Positions 1 to 13,719 are shown, numbered from the whole stretch's first letter. The stretch: 61,593 nucleotides of DNA, filler included, from Platydemus manokwari (GCA_037951405.1; 5 parts of 5 records of this genome joined end to end with filler, not necessarily neighbours in it), one strand, 5' to 3'. Program-made: numbers and translations. The notes: a model not told the origin generated them from the letters alone.

Positions 1-205
1 CTTTTCAAGAGCTTTTAAATGGTACCAAATGTTGCGTAGCTATGTTATGTTTAAATGATTTGGTAAAACAAAAACTTCAAACAACTAAAAAACATGAATA
101 ACTTTTGACTCAGCCTAATAGTTATCAAAATACAATCAAGCAACTGTACACTTGTTCTACCACCACAGAATCTGCTTCTAGACTTGACTATTATTATTCC
201 ACAAA

Positions 206-1111
206 GCGTGCAATATCTACTCCTATCGTACATCTTATAAAAATAACACTGTTCAAAACTACTATATTTGGTAGAACTTCAAGGTTATATTGTAGTCCTT
301 CAACATTTTAACGTTCTTCAAATATCTCCAGGACATTCTGACACTCACACACTTTAATAATTGTAAACCTATTTTTGGGCTGCCCTATATATTCAGTCAA
401 TTATTTATATTAAATTTGTAATCTTTACATTCCATTGATTATTTATGGTAAATGTGTATTTTTATAAATTAAATTGAATTAAAAACGTACAATATCTACT
501 CCTATCGTACATCTTATAAAAATAACATTGTTCAAAACTACTATATTTGGTAGAACTTCAAGGTTATACTGTCGTCCAAAATCTTATAAAACAACCAGAA
601 ACTTCTTGTTGAAATTTCAAAATAAGTTGATTTTCTCCTCATTATGCACCATTTCTAATGACTTCAACACTTGGGTGTCTCATTTACAATATTATTTTAA
701 TTTTACTAGACACAGTTGTTATGTTTATTTATAATTTATTTACTCAAAATTTTCTTGTTTAATTAATCAATTATTTGTTAATTATTTATTAATTATATAC
801 AGGGTGGCCCAAAAGTAGGTTTACAGTTATCACGTAGACTATTTATTTGAAAGTTAGACACTAGAACAGCGGGAAATTCATTATACCTGTTAACCTTAAC
901 AATTTGATCTCTCAGAAGCTCAAAATATCCTCCTTCAACATTGTAATGTTCTTCAAATATCTCCAGGACATTCTGACACTCACACACTTTAATAATTGTA
1001 AACCTATTTTTGGGCCGCCCTGTATATTCAGTCAATTATTTATATTGAATTTGTAATCTTTACATTCCATTGATTATTTATGGTAAATGTGTATTTTTAT
1101 AAATTAAATTG
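206..1111. repeat. Local tandem duplication (A-B / A-C-B); first copy carries an internal deletion
   Basis: 206-298 is nearly identical to 485-577, and 297-478 to 931-1111. The latter includes the right half of the MITE plus its 3' flank. Confidence 0.9.
800..1022. mobile_element. Tc1/mariner-type MITE (223 bp), TA target-site duplication
   Basis: TA|CAGGGTGGCCCAAAAGTAGGTTTACAGTT ... AATTGTAAACCTATTTTTGGGCCGCCCTG|TA, with ~29-bp TIRs. A second copy lies at 4108-4337 and a partial copy at 297-387. Confidence 0.9.
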
Positions 1112-2149
1112 ATTTCTTGTGATACATTGGGTTAAAACTTATTCATTATTAGGATTGTTGGTTGAAATTCATTGATAATTGGAATTGATTAGTTGCTTTT
1201 ATCATTATTATACTTTACTTACTTAGTTGGGTATCATTTTTTATCAAAAAAAAATATTTTATCCGAATTATTTCAAGACTTACTTGGATTAGCAGTGTGT
1301 AAAATTAGGCTCTTCATTAGATTCACAAGCTTCACAACATTAAATTTCAAACCTGTACGCAATATTTTGTTTCGCTTTGAGATTATTCATGATTTTAGTA
1401 ATATTTTATTAATTATTTTTTTTGGAAAATCAAAACCAAATAAAAATTGAAAATAATTTTTGGATTAATACTTTTACATTTAATTTTTATTCATTATATA
1501 GGGAATTAAGTTTTATAAATTTTTTAGAAAAATAAACTTTAATTAATATGTACAGTAACTACTTTCAATTTTAAGTAGCTAAATAAAGTTAAAACATTAA
1601 AATCTTTAATATAAATGCTATTTTATATTTAATCATTTGAAGTATTTTCTTAAATTTATTTCATAATTTTATTAAATTGAAATTGTTAAAATTGATTTCT
1701 GATTACAAAATTAGCCAGAATTAGATGACAAGTTACAAAAAGTTAAAATTCACAAACGATTTTTAACTCATTAAATTTGATGGCTTTCATAATTTTATTT
1801 ATTTAAACAGTTGAGTGACATCTAAAATTAGTCGCAACATTAACGATAATTATGAAATTCCACTACATAGTTAGTCATCGTTATGTAAAATATTCAATAT
1901 TAATGGTCAACACCAATCACAATTTCTTATAATTTTATTCTGTACATGTTTGAATTTATAAGTAGCACGTGTTTGAAGTTATAAGTAGTATTTTAAAGCA
2001 GTAATTAATAAATTATAAAAATGCTGTAAGTATTCTCAATGGCAAAGATCTAGAAATATTTTCAAGCTAATTAATAGAAAAATATTGATTTATTTTAACA
2101 TATACCACAGATCGTTGAAGAAGTTAAATATTGAAGTTAAATATAAGCA

Positions 2150-2670
2150 AAGTATCCCACAGTAAAAATTTCAAACTCCCACTTGATATAGACTTTCACT
2201 TGAAAAATTTTATTTCCAAGAAGTCCGATATTTTCATTCTTACAAAGACGAATTAGTTTCTCAACAACTCGATGACATACCAATCTACACAGCCACTTAA
2301 ACCTTATGGAGTTCAATTCAAATTCTGTTTTCAATTCCATCCAAAGTTTGCAAATGACTGTGAACCACCACTTTTTTTGAATGTCCGCAAATAAATAAAT
2401 AAATGAAATATTTCCTCAATGACCAATGTGATAAATGGTCTATTCTGCATGAGGACACTCTGGCAACCTGTGAGCATAGGGAAATATTTTTCACTATTGA
2501 TATTTATCTTGAAATAAATAGGACTCTATAACTCCCTGTCACAAAAATGCATGACAAAACAGTGACACGTGTTGATTCATGAATATTTTGGTTTTTTCAT
2601 CCCAAAACCACAGCGATGATGTCTATCCATTTGTTCAAATAATTTTCTTCGTCAGTTGAAGATTTTGTTG
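2150..2670 (-). pseudogene. Highly decayed Tc1/mariner-superfamily transposase fragment
   Basis: Frameshifted minus-strand fragments (STDE..YLN, IHESTRVTV, GVIESYLFQ, KVYI) occur in the order expected for the FSDE / RVTVWCA..GVIGPYFF / LKSRVY motifs. Many stops. Confidence 0.45.
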
Positions 2671-4107
2671 TAGTAAAGAGATGAAGCTTGGTCGTCCAAA
2701 TGGGTCATCATTAGTAAGCTATTTTAAAAAGTGATTGCTTTTTAGAGAGAATCTTGTTTTTATTTGTTTATGAACTTGTTTTTTGTTTGTGCTTCACGTT
2801 ATTGTCTTCGCAATTAGTGTTGATTTTTGATCTGGGTAGAATTTAATGTCGGGACTATTTTTAGTTTTGAATATTTTTTGAATTGCAGTCTTGCTTATCT
2901 ATTTGTGCTGACCTCTATCGACGGTGGTTTTCATTTCTTTTATATGATATTATGTCAGAAGAGTTAAATTTAATTCGCCTTTTGTATTTTTTAAAATATT
3001 ATGATTACTTTGATTGCTTCTCATTGTTTATTTCGTTTTATTTTCAGTTGGGTAGTTTAATAATTTCTAGGTTGTAGTTTGAGTCATATTTATATAATGA
3101 CAACCTTCTTGGTGAATCGTTTGTGGGGTTGATTTTTGTTGCTTTCTTTGTGTAAGTTAATTGGTCAAGATCATTTAAGTTTTTTAAAATTTTCTAGTCA
3201 CCGGGGCTAAAAGTAAGATCAATAAGAAATGTTAAACAATGAAGGAATTATCTTATATTTTATCTGAATTATAAAATAATGAATATCAAATTAACACGTT
3301 GATGAATAACAATCTATTGGTACTAAACTAAACCAAAGAGTCCGCTTAGATTTAACTACTCGTCAGAATATACCAATAAATCCATATTAAGGGATTTTAT
3401 TAACTTTGTAGAGTTCGCAACAGATGACTCTCTGTATGCTTCATCAAATTGATGATGAGCGTAGAAATTAATGATTCAGAGCTAACCATTATGCTTTAAA
3501 ACTGCTGTAAGAAAAGCACAGTTAGAATTATTACATTTCATTGCATTAATTTCGACTTACTGGGCATGTTGGTTTTTAAATATATTATCAATTACTTTTG
3601 AGATATAAATTTTCTCGAATCTAATAATAGAAATGTGAATTATTGACTGTCGCAGAGTGGTTTTTTAATGAAACATTAATTTTCTCCATGATTGCCCCGA
3701 AATTAAAATCATAAAAATGCAACTAAATTAATCATTAATTAAAATATTGATTGAAATTATAAAAAAAATAAATTTGATTTATATGTAAAATTTATGTAAG
3801 ATTTTTTCAATTTAATTATGCGTTACGTATGATATATGCCATTGTGAATAAAATTCAGATTCAACAAAAATTTATTAACAATTCCATTGATTAATGCAAA
3901 ATGAAATTCTAAATTCAAATGACTTTTCTTTATTTAAAAATAGTGGTTCAAGTGAAAATGAGTTAAATTAATGCGCCATGGTAAAAGTTTCATCAATTAA
4001 CAATTTGGAGCAAAAGTAAGAATATCATTTGTTAATTTTAAAATTGAATAAAACTGAAATTGTGGTTATTTATATTTGTAAGTTTATTGTGTAAATTTAT
4101 GGATTTA

Positions 4108-4337
4108 CAAGAGTGGCCAAAAGTAGGTTTAGAGTTATCACGTAGACTATTTTTTTTGAAAATTTGACTCCCTAACAGCTGGAAATTAGTTATACAAGTT
4201 AAAAATAAACAATTTAATCTCTCAGATGCTCAAAATATCCTTTTTTAACACTTACTTATATTGGTATTACTAAGCAAATAACTTCAACTAGATAAAAAGT
4301 AGTTTAATAAGTGTAAACCTACTTTTGGGTCACCCTG
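4108..4337. mobile_element. Second, diverged copy of the Tc1/mariner MITE
   Basis: TA|CAAGAGTGGCCAAAAGTAGGTTTAGAGTT ... GTAAACCTACTTTTGGGTCACCCTG|TA. The left internal part aligns with 800-930. Confidence 0.85.
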
Positions 4338-4773
4338 TACAGGAGTAGAATTATATTTGGTGTGCAATTTTCAATCTCTAAGTTTGAAATAATATTTCAT
4401 CATTAGTCAAAATATTCTGTTTTATATCTCTGCATAATTTAAATCAGATCACCACAATTCATGCCGTGTTCAATATTATTGGACTAATTAATTTATAATT
4501 ATTTTCTTTTTTGTAAATTTATCTTTGATGTTGAAACTTAACACCTTATCTATAACAGTATATCCACATGGTCTATTTAAAGTCACAATAAAATATAAGC
4601 TATGTGAATATATAAGACTAACGAATTTCCAGTAAATACTTTACTATTTAAATTTTCATCGAGTTGGAAATCAAATAAAATGACTTTTTAAAATGAATTA
4701 AATAGGGTTAATGCTACTATGTAATCAATCCTTTAGAAATTAATTATGTTGGCTTTCATTTTATTCTTTATAC

Positions 4774-5068
4774 CAGTGGTTTTCAATCTTTTTGCTGGAG
4801 TGGAACCCCACGGAAACATTCCTCTAGCTCGATGAATCCCTGTGCAATAATGTACCGAGTTTAATTATGTTAAATTTAATATATTTAAACGATAACTAAT
4901 AATAAAATAATACAAATAATAATGAATAATAAAATAGATTTTCGAAATTGAAGTTAACATGTTGTTTATTTGTTCGTTGTTCTAATTTAAAAATTTAGAA
5001 ATTGCGAAAACCGTGGAGTGTACCGGCGGAACCCTGAGGCTCCGCGGAGCACTGGTTGAAAACCACTA
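4774..5068. mobile_element. hAT (Charlie-like) MITE
   Basis: TIRs CAGTGGTTTTCAA / TTGAAAACCACTA, GGAACCC subterminal motifs, and a degenerate 8-bp TSD (CTTTATAC / CATCATAC, 6/8). Confidence 0.8.
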
Positions 5069-5949
5069 CATCATACGTTTGATATTTATTAAACGAGTTG
5101 GATATATGATGAATATTAATGTTGATGTTTACTTTTTCAAAAAATATTAAATTATTTCGTTTAAAATATATATGTATTCTTGAATTCGATTAATATCAGC
5201 GTCCTTATTGTCTGATATTATTAACAGAAAAATAGAATATCAATTAAATACAAATAATTCGATATTTTAGATTGTCATCTCACAAATTTATCGCCATTTA
5301 TAATCAGTCAAATCAAAATTAACATTTTATCTTTAACTGTTTCTAGTAAATTTTAAAATATCATTTTTTCGTAAATTCATTCAACTAAATTGACAACGTT
5401 TATTAAAGTTTTTAAAAATCAGAAATTCTTGGTTGTGGTTATAAAAAATCGTGTATTTGATGTTGTGGTGATATTTATCCAGTGAAAAATCTAAACAGGT
5501 TTCACCGGTTTTATATTTATTTCTAATTCTAGTGATGACAAATCACATTGATGTATCTCTTCAACGATGTCTGATCTTCAGCTACATTTTCGAATAAATT
5601 AATCTTTCAGTAATGAATTCGAATTTTTTTAAACTCAACAGATAAAAAACATCGATTGATTTATCAGCTGTTAAGATAAGAGCAGGCATTGGACGAGGTG
5701 GGGGTAAATTTGAAAACAGTCATCGACAACAATAAAATAATATCTGTAAATTCTTTCCAAATGAAATGTATTTTAATAAACACTGACTTTACAATAATGT
5801 AAAGGATTTATACATATATTTATATAATTATATTGTAAATACACGTAATCTTTCATATTGACACAGCATTTATTTCGTATCTTTTGTCCAATATGTCATA
5901 TTCAGTATATTTATCAAATGTCATTGAATAATTAAGGAAAAAAGGTGTA

Positions 5950-6588
5950 ATGAAGTTGTTGCTACTCACTATGGGTGTCGTAATTATGCTGTTGATTATA
6001 ATTGTCATATTCATATCTATCTTGTATGCTTTGGACATTCGACGAAAAGGTACTTGTTTAAACCGCTGTTACTCATATAAGAATCACTCATCATTTAGTT
6101 GAACAATGTTTGATGCCTAAAAATGATTTGAGCTCACAAAATCTGTATTTGCATTCAGCCATATCGTCGGACGCCATACCGTGTGCATCTATAGCAAAGT
6201 AATAATAATATTATCAGAAAGCTATATTTTAATGTGATTTCTTTAGTAATATTATGTCAGTAAAAGGTGGAAATGCCATTGACGGAGCAATTGCAGGTAT
6301 TTTCTGTTCATGTACCGTCAATTTACACAGCTGTGGTATTGGAGGGGGATCATTCGTGTTGATTTATAATAAGTATGTTTGACTTTATAATTTTTGACTG
6401 GGATAAATTTGTAAAAAAATGTATTTTTCATTTTTCTAATTTTAAAATTCGTTAAATTTATCTCCATTTTAAAAGTTAATATTGTTTAAGAACGGAAAGA
6501 AAATCATACGCGATAGATATTCGAGAAGTAGCACCAGCACTAGCCACAGAATTAATGTATGTAAATGATTCAACCGCTTCCAAAATTG
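5950..6588 (+). CDS. Gamma-glutamyltransferase (glutathione hydrolase) family, 5' exons only (5950-6049, 6099-6198, 6247-6372, 6491-6588)
   Basis: Spliced translation gives an N-terminal TM anchor MKLLLLTMGVVIMLLIIIVIFISILY, then HSAISSDAIPCASIA, GGNAIDGAIAGIFC..VNLHSCGIGGGSFVLIYN and AIDIREVAPALA (GGT large-subunit motifs). GT-AG introns are in phase. Downstream exons were not found. Confidence 0.9.
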
Positions 6589-7254
6589 GTAATAATTTAT
6601 ACATAACGTTAATATTATAATAAAATAATAATAAAATACAAGGACTTTCTGTTTGAAACACAAGAAAAACCTAAAAACTTAACCTTAAAACTCAAATATA
6701 ATTTCTGAAACTGGGACGATTATTTTAAGCCCAGAGTAACCCTTAAAATTAATTAATTATATGTATAATTATACTCATGAAGTTAATAATACTGTTGTTT
6801 AAGGACAATCGTGTTTAGATATCCACGGTTATGCAGTGCAGAAATCGATATATAATAATTGGTCAGATTGAGAAATTTCCCACAATAAATCATATAAAAA
6901 ATCATAAACTAGAGAATTTGTAAGATTGTGAAAGTAGAATATTATAGCGATTAAGTTGTTTTATATTATTTAAGTAAAAGTAATCGCAACTGTTATGGAG
7001 GTTAGTTGTACAGCCGGAAAAAGTTTTTGAGCTGGTGTGTCATCTGAAGTGACCGAAATTAGTCCTCATTTAAAAAGTTATTATTTTCTGTGGTTGATAG
7101 ATGAAATTTTAAATAAAGGCACTTTGAAATAATTTACACTTTCACTGTAGAAATATTATTTGAAAATTTTTATTGTGCAGCTACATTGCACGATTAATGA
7201 TATATGATTAACAACACGAGAATGGGGAATTTTCGAAAATAATATGTGCATCTA

Positions 7255-7405
7255 TGTTACGTTCGGACCTTATTGAATTATTTGTTTTAATAAGCTTAAT
7301 TTTACTTGATATCACTACTGGCTTAATCAGTCCCTATGAGTTCTTGATTAAGGCCACAGGCGTAATTTACTTTATATTGTTGTTCTTTCACCTCGCACAG
7401 CCTAT
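7255..7405. mobile_element. LTR-end fragment, same family as 20575-21639
   Basis: TGTTACGTTCGGACCTT...CACCTCGCACAGCC aligns with 20575-20722. Confidence 0.7.
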
Positions 7406-7427
7406 TTAAACTATTAACTATTCTTAC

Positions 7428-8243
7428 TTCCGGCTCTAGTGATGATGGAGATCGTTTTTGACAAAGGTCCGTGTCCAATCTCATTAACGATTTTCACTCT
7501 GATATGATATAATTCTGATGGTGTTAGATGAGTGAGCAGAAATGAAGATTCTTTGGTGGAAAATTGTCTCCAGTGTTGCGGTAAAAAGAACTCATTATTC
7601 GAATAAATTACTTGATAACTCTAAATCGAAAAAAATTATTTAATTTCCTAATATGAGAGTTGATAATGCAAGATAGCAGGTTCTATTTTGTTGATTTTTC
7701 CAGTGAAATTTTGATGAAACAATACAGATTTTTTTTATTCCACATTGAAGTCTAATTTTAATTCCTGCCTTAAATTTCCCGTATTTTCTTTCCGGTGGTT
7801 TCCAAGCCACTAAAATGGCGGTATTTGAAATGGAAGTCGCAGTCACCGATAGCGGTACGGATTCGGGAACTTTGGAGAAAGTAAAATTGTAAAAAAAAAA
7901 TCCACATCATGATTTTCAGTACCTGTTGGTGAGGTTCTAAAAGTCAAAGAACCCGTTGGTGACGAAGCTCCGAGATCATTTTCCGACTCCATCCATAAAT
8001 CGTAAGTCGTATAGGGAAATAAATTATTGATAAGGTATTTGTATTCGGTCTTCCGTTCGGTTACTGTGATATAAATTGTTTTCGCAACCGTTTTCTTTTC
8101 ATTGAATTCATCTTGAGCCCCACGATAATGAAGAATAAAATTTTCAGATTCACCTTCTTCTGTGATTCCAGATAACCATGACAACTCTACGAAATCTGTT
8201 CCGAATTTGACAATCTTCACTGATTTAGGAGTTACAGGATAAT
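7428..8243 (-). CDS. Two fibronectin type III domains of a LAR-family (PTPRF/PTPRD/PTPRS-like) receptor tyrosine phosphatase; internal exons 8243-7923, 7869-7769, 7620-7428
   Basis: YPVTPKSVKIV..VELSW..LFPYTTY..NDLGASSP..FRT / VPESVPLSVTATSISNTAILVAWKPPERKYGKFK / SYQVIYS..QHWRQF..LTPSELYHIRVKIVNEIGHGPLSKTISIITRAG, colinear with LAR FN3-1 and FN3-2. The FN3 call is firm; the LAR assignment is from remembered similarity. Confidence 0.75.
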
Positions 8244-8299
8244 CTATATTAATTATTATTAATTATCATTAGCTTATTAAAACAAAACGGTTTATTATA

Positions 8300-9130
8300 T
8301 CACACTAAAACACTGGAACATTCCTAAACTGGAACTTTCTTAAATTGGACGTCCTAAAAGTGGAACAACGCCCTTAAACTATAATTTTAGAAGAACGGAT
8401 AATTGTGTTTTGTTTAAATATTATTGACCACCGCTTGATGCAAATGATGTTGAAGCATTGATAAATTATGGTAAAAGAATTGAAACAAAAACTATTGATC
8501 AAGGAAGTAATGATTCCTGTAATAAAGCAAAGGATTCTTGTTCAAATGTTAAAAATGAAAATTGTGAACTGATATCTTTGGGGGATGCAGATAAATCAAT
8601 GGAGACTGTGCTCAAATTCGAAAACAATAATCCTTGTTTTCCGGAAGACTGTCCTTATGTAAGAATATGCGTTGCAAAGAGAAATAACTAAAGAGAAATT
8701 TTAAAGCCATCAAAATTCCGACCTTTGTAATCATGTTAAAGGCACTCTAGAGGCAGCCGAGTATCCAACAAATGAGTTAGTCATTGATGAACCGGAAGGG
8801 AAAGAAGCTAGCACAACAGATGAATAACGACTTTATTTAATTATAACATCAACCACCTGTAAAATTAAATCTTAATAAATTTTGGTTTCACCTTTTATTT
8901 AGTTTAGAGAATACGTTTCTTTATTTAAGTATATGAGATGCATTTATTATCTAATTGCCAGTGAGTTTCTGTTATTATGTACATACGGTTAACAAAATAC
9001 TCTTGTTTCATTTTGCAAATCTTTTATTATTTTTTTAACTAAAACTAACTTATTCCTAAAACTGGAACAACACTCCCAAAACCGGAACATTGAACGTGTT
9101 CTAGTTTTGGGAATGCAGTGTCTTAAACTA
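8300..9130. repeat. Probable DNA-transposon remnant with clustered ACTGGAAC-type subterminal repeats
   Basis: ACTGGAACA, ACTGGAACT and AGTGGAACA at 8310-8370; ACTGGAACA, ACCGGAACA and inverted TGTTCTAGT at 9060-9105; decayed ORF between. Confidence 0.4.
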
Positions 9131-11189
9131 GTTTTCATCTTATAAAAAAAATAAATTAAAGTACAAATATTAACGAAACAAAAGTATCGATAAACTTCGT
9201 GTTTTAGTTAGCACTTTGTCTTATTACCATGGGATCCAAAAGCAAGAATCTCCAAAGTTTTTGGTTTATAAAATCATTGGAAAACAATTTGATGGGTGGT
9301 GTTTGAGATGTGAGATTGATTATACGTGTCCAACATAATGTGAATGGAAAAATATTTTAAGGAAAGATAAAATCTGTCAAAAAAAATTTCAAATAATCGA
9401 TAAAAAACAACAAATAAATCAATTAACCAATACCATGATTTGGAATTTGTGATTAAATACACTCAGCCATTACGAACATTGGATTTAAACTTAAATAATT
9501 AATCGTTGTGTTGATCAGATATTTTTTGAGGGGGGGCATTGGTATTCCTTTTTAAAAGAAGTTTACTATTTCATTCCACTCGTTTATATCTTAGATATTG
9601 ATTTTAATTTATTGTCTTTCATTGGTGTCTTCAATGCACCAGCCACTTTACTTAACGCCTTGACAACTTAAAATCTGGTAGGTGATATCTGTTATGATAG
9701 CATTTTGGTTCAGTACATTATATCAGTACATTCTTTTTAATAATAAAAATCAATAAATATATCAAATAGAACCGTTCTATGTCTCTTCCATTATCACGAT
9801 TTCTCAGATAATGTCCATCAGAAAAGAAATTCCAATGAAATACTATTAATAGTGTATGAGATCAAATATATGTGGCTGGATTGTGGTGGGCATAATGCTA
9901 CACTGCTTACAAATATCCACACTAACTGCAATGCAATGATATGATGTCGGTAGCAGAAGTGAAGAAAATGTAAAAGAAGAAGAATTAGAACATCCTTCAA
10001 AAGGCTATAGACACAAACACTATAGACATAGATATTATAGCCCATCATAGAACTTCAAATCAATACCCCCTTATCGGATTATTATTCTAAACTAGTTATA
10101 TACACATAAAATCAAGAACACAGAATTTCACCAATGATAGAAGATATTAAATTAAGGCTAACGATCAGATAATTGAGCAAGTTTTATTTGCTTGTGATGA
10201 GTTTTATGGACCTGAATTTCGGTGTATTGGATTAGTTACAGTTACGTCTATTAAATAACCTGAAGTTATTTAAATTAGAATTTTATTAGGGTTTTATCAT
10301 ATAATTACATTGTCTCTTGATTCGGGTATATACTAGCCTGTCTCTACTTGAATGGGATCTCGTATCCTGCATTCTGAATATTACGACAACCTACACATAG
10401 CCCAGGGAACTTTACTTCACAAACGTTTCAACCAACCAATTATCTTGTACATATCTGATGATCGGTTTAAAGCTACCAAACAATACTGAAATCAACCAAA
10501 GCGGACAAGACTCCAACAATACTACTTACTGAAGATATGACCAGAACATTAAAGCAAGCGAACATCAATCAACCAACGCCTAGATACAACCATGCCTGTT
10601 GCTGACACTACCAAGCTACAAAAAAAGCAAAAAAATCAATCGACCATCTGTCACATATCATATTCCTTAGCACTAAACTATTCCAACTGGACTCTTAGAA
10701 TTAAAAATAAAAAAAATAGTGGGGAAACAAAGTTTTGATGCTCCCGAAACTCAGAGCTGGTAACACTGCAAGTTCAAATAAAGGAAGATACCACTTTAGA
10801 AGACATATAAAACTTTATTAAAGTCGAGAAGACCGCCTCGAGAAGTCCAACTTTGTGCTAAATAAATATTAGTCTTTTTATTACCTTACACCTTAAAATC
10901 AGATCGTTAACGTTTGTGTTCCAAATCACATTCAAAAGAACAAGGCCAATTGAAAATTCAAACGAGATCAGCATTCGAAAGATTAAACAGCAACCGCAAA
11001 AGACATGTAATTAGAATAATCACACAATGCAGAGACAACAGAAAAATTCCCCGATCATGAAAGGTTGGTGGTTACCAAAAATGGACTTTTTATAAAGTTC
11101 CTGCATATGTTTTATATTGGGTCTATAACTTAAAAACCGGAATTTTTTTAGAACAATTGAGTGTTTATTAAAGAAAATCTTGTACAATT

Positions 11190-11289
11190 NNNNNNNNNNN
11201 NNNNNNNNNNNNNNNNNNNNNNNNNNNNNNNNNTTAATTAATTAANNNNNNNNNNNNNNNNNNNNNNNNNNNNNNNNNNNNNNNNNNNN
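11190..11289. other. Assembly spacer 44N-TTAATTAATTAA-44N
   Basis: Directly visible; the linker has stop codons in all six frames. Confidence 0.98.
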
Positions 11290-13719
11290 CAAATAAAAGC
11301 TTTGATAACCCACTGAGTTGTTATTTATTATAAAGTACAACCGTGATTATCAGAATTAACATTATTTTGTTTTAGGCCCAGAGAATCAATCAGATCCCTG
11401 TGCTTCAATTTAATATATTAAGCTTAACTGCCGACATCTTGGTCTTCAATACCAGGTGTTGAAGCCCTCATAAGAATCAGTGCCTTTAGGTTAAAGCTCT
11501 AAATTATTAATTACCTCAAAATCATTTAATCAAACCACCAATAACATAATAAAAACATATACCACCCCACTAACAATCCTTCAATAAAAGGTTAATAATG
11601 AGAACTAAAGTTATGAGTCTGATTCTTTCTCAGAGTGCCTCTGAATTATCGTTGAAGTTTGATATTAAGAAACAAACAATGTTAATTGAGTTAGTTCAAA
11701 TAGATAGTGAAAAAGTTGGGCAAGTGATTGTGTAACAGATCGACTGCCATCTTCATGCATGATAAGGCAAATGAATTCGAAGCTAAACGAATTGTAACTG
11801 GAACTTTTTAATTATCCTTCATAAACTCCTAACCTAACCCACCAACTCCAACTTCTGTTATTTGGACAATTTTTAATAGGGGAAAAATTAATGTCAGCAA
11901 TGCTGTAAAACCGACTTTTCAGGAATTCATTGACTCTCATTCGTTGGGGTTTTATACCACCGGCCTGAACAACTTGCCGCTTAAATGACAGAAGTGTATA
12001 GACAATATGGTTACATTTGTAAGCTATCAATCAACTTTACCTATTTTCTACAAATTTCATCGTTAATAACTTTATTACACAAAATTCTTTAATTGATTAA
12101 TATAGTTAACATAACTGCACAGGCTGTCAAACATTTGTTGTGGTTTCTGATAATTTAATCAAATCATTCAAATTAACAATATCGAAAGACTGAATCAACC
12201 TTTAAATTCCGAATACTAACCAACAATTATTCAATCTTAAGAAGTTGTCCTGTAACCAAATAAATCAACTCTCAGATAATCACAGCAGTGCCGTATGCTT
12301 TTCACAGATCCATTCTCACATAGTTATCAATCTGTTTTAACAATTAAATCAACTGAGAATATAGAAATCTCAAATATATTTAGAAATCCAAATTAATTAA
12401 TCTTAAAATAATCAATAACAAGTGAGATGAATATTTCAATCTACACTACTATTCAAAAAAATCAAAGCATACCTAATCGATTCTAAAAAGATAACTTAAT
12501 AACTGTGAATAAAATATTATTTTACAAAATTGATTTAATCCTCGACAATTAATTTTTTTTCTTTCATTTGACTATATTATATTTAAGTGTTTTTATTTGT
12601 AAATTATCAAATATTTTTACTTAATGTTTGGTAAAAAATTATGATTTTGTAATTTGACAGTGTGGTAGTGCATTATGTTTAATGTATATGAATAAAAATC
12701 TAATGAGAAAAAACTCAAGTGAAAATTCGAAAAATTAACTAGTATAATCAAATAAAAGAAATTCATATTAAATTTACCAATTTGACAAAAAACTTGAAAA
12801 TCAGTTCGGAGTTTTATCAATTAAGAAAAAGGTCACAATCTAAAATTATTTAAATGATAGATTTAAAATTTCTTATAACTATTCATTTGTATTCTTATCT
12901 TAAATAATAAAGCACGACAACAAATGCGACTTTTAGGGTTGACGAATAAACCATTTATAATATAAAATCGAACATTAAATTTTAATCATTCATCTCTCCA
13001 GTCTAATTTCAATAAAAATATTAAAATATTTATTTTAATTTAATGTTTAGTCATCAGCATTACCATATCTGAAAGTGTCGGCAAATTGTTTCATGAAATG
13101 TGTCACAAAAGATTCTCAAGAGTTGTTGATTGGTACCAATTTAATAATTTGAAAATAAAACAAATCAAGAAGCAATATTAACATCAGAACCATTTAAAGA
13201 AATCGAGAAAACAAGTAAGGACAAAAATTATATTAAATCACACTTGCAAACTACAATTTGCAGAAGACTGCTAATAGATCTTTTCATGGCCTTAGTGTAT
13301 ATACACTAAACTACGATAAAGATAACCAGTATGTCATGCATAAATTGTATCACAGTGTATCAGTCGATCAAGATTTCCATATAGAAATGATATGAAAGAA
13401 TAATAATAGACAATTTTACAAGCTATATTTGCTCTCAACATGCACTCTAGAGTAATTAATAATCATAATTCTAGAAAGATGTTACTTAAAGTTAAACAAT
13501 ATTAAAAATTGAAATCTAAACTAGTAAAGAAATGAGAAGGCAATTTTAAATAGAAAACAAAATTGAATTTTGTATAAATGGTTGTTGGTTCAGGATGATA
13601 CTTTCATTTTAATATTGTAAGTAGGGTACTTTATACAGAATGAAATCATTATAACTCAAAATAAGAGTTTTGAGAAGACAATTTAAATATTTCCGAAGTA
13701 ATGTAAGCAATCAATTAGT

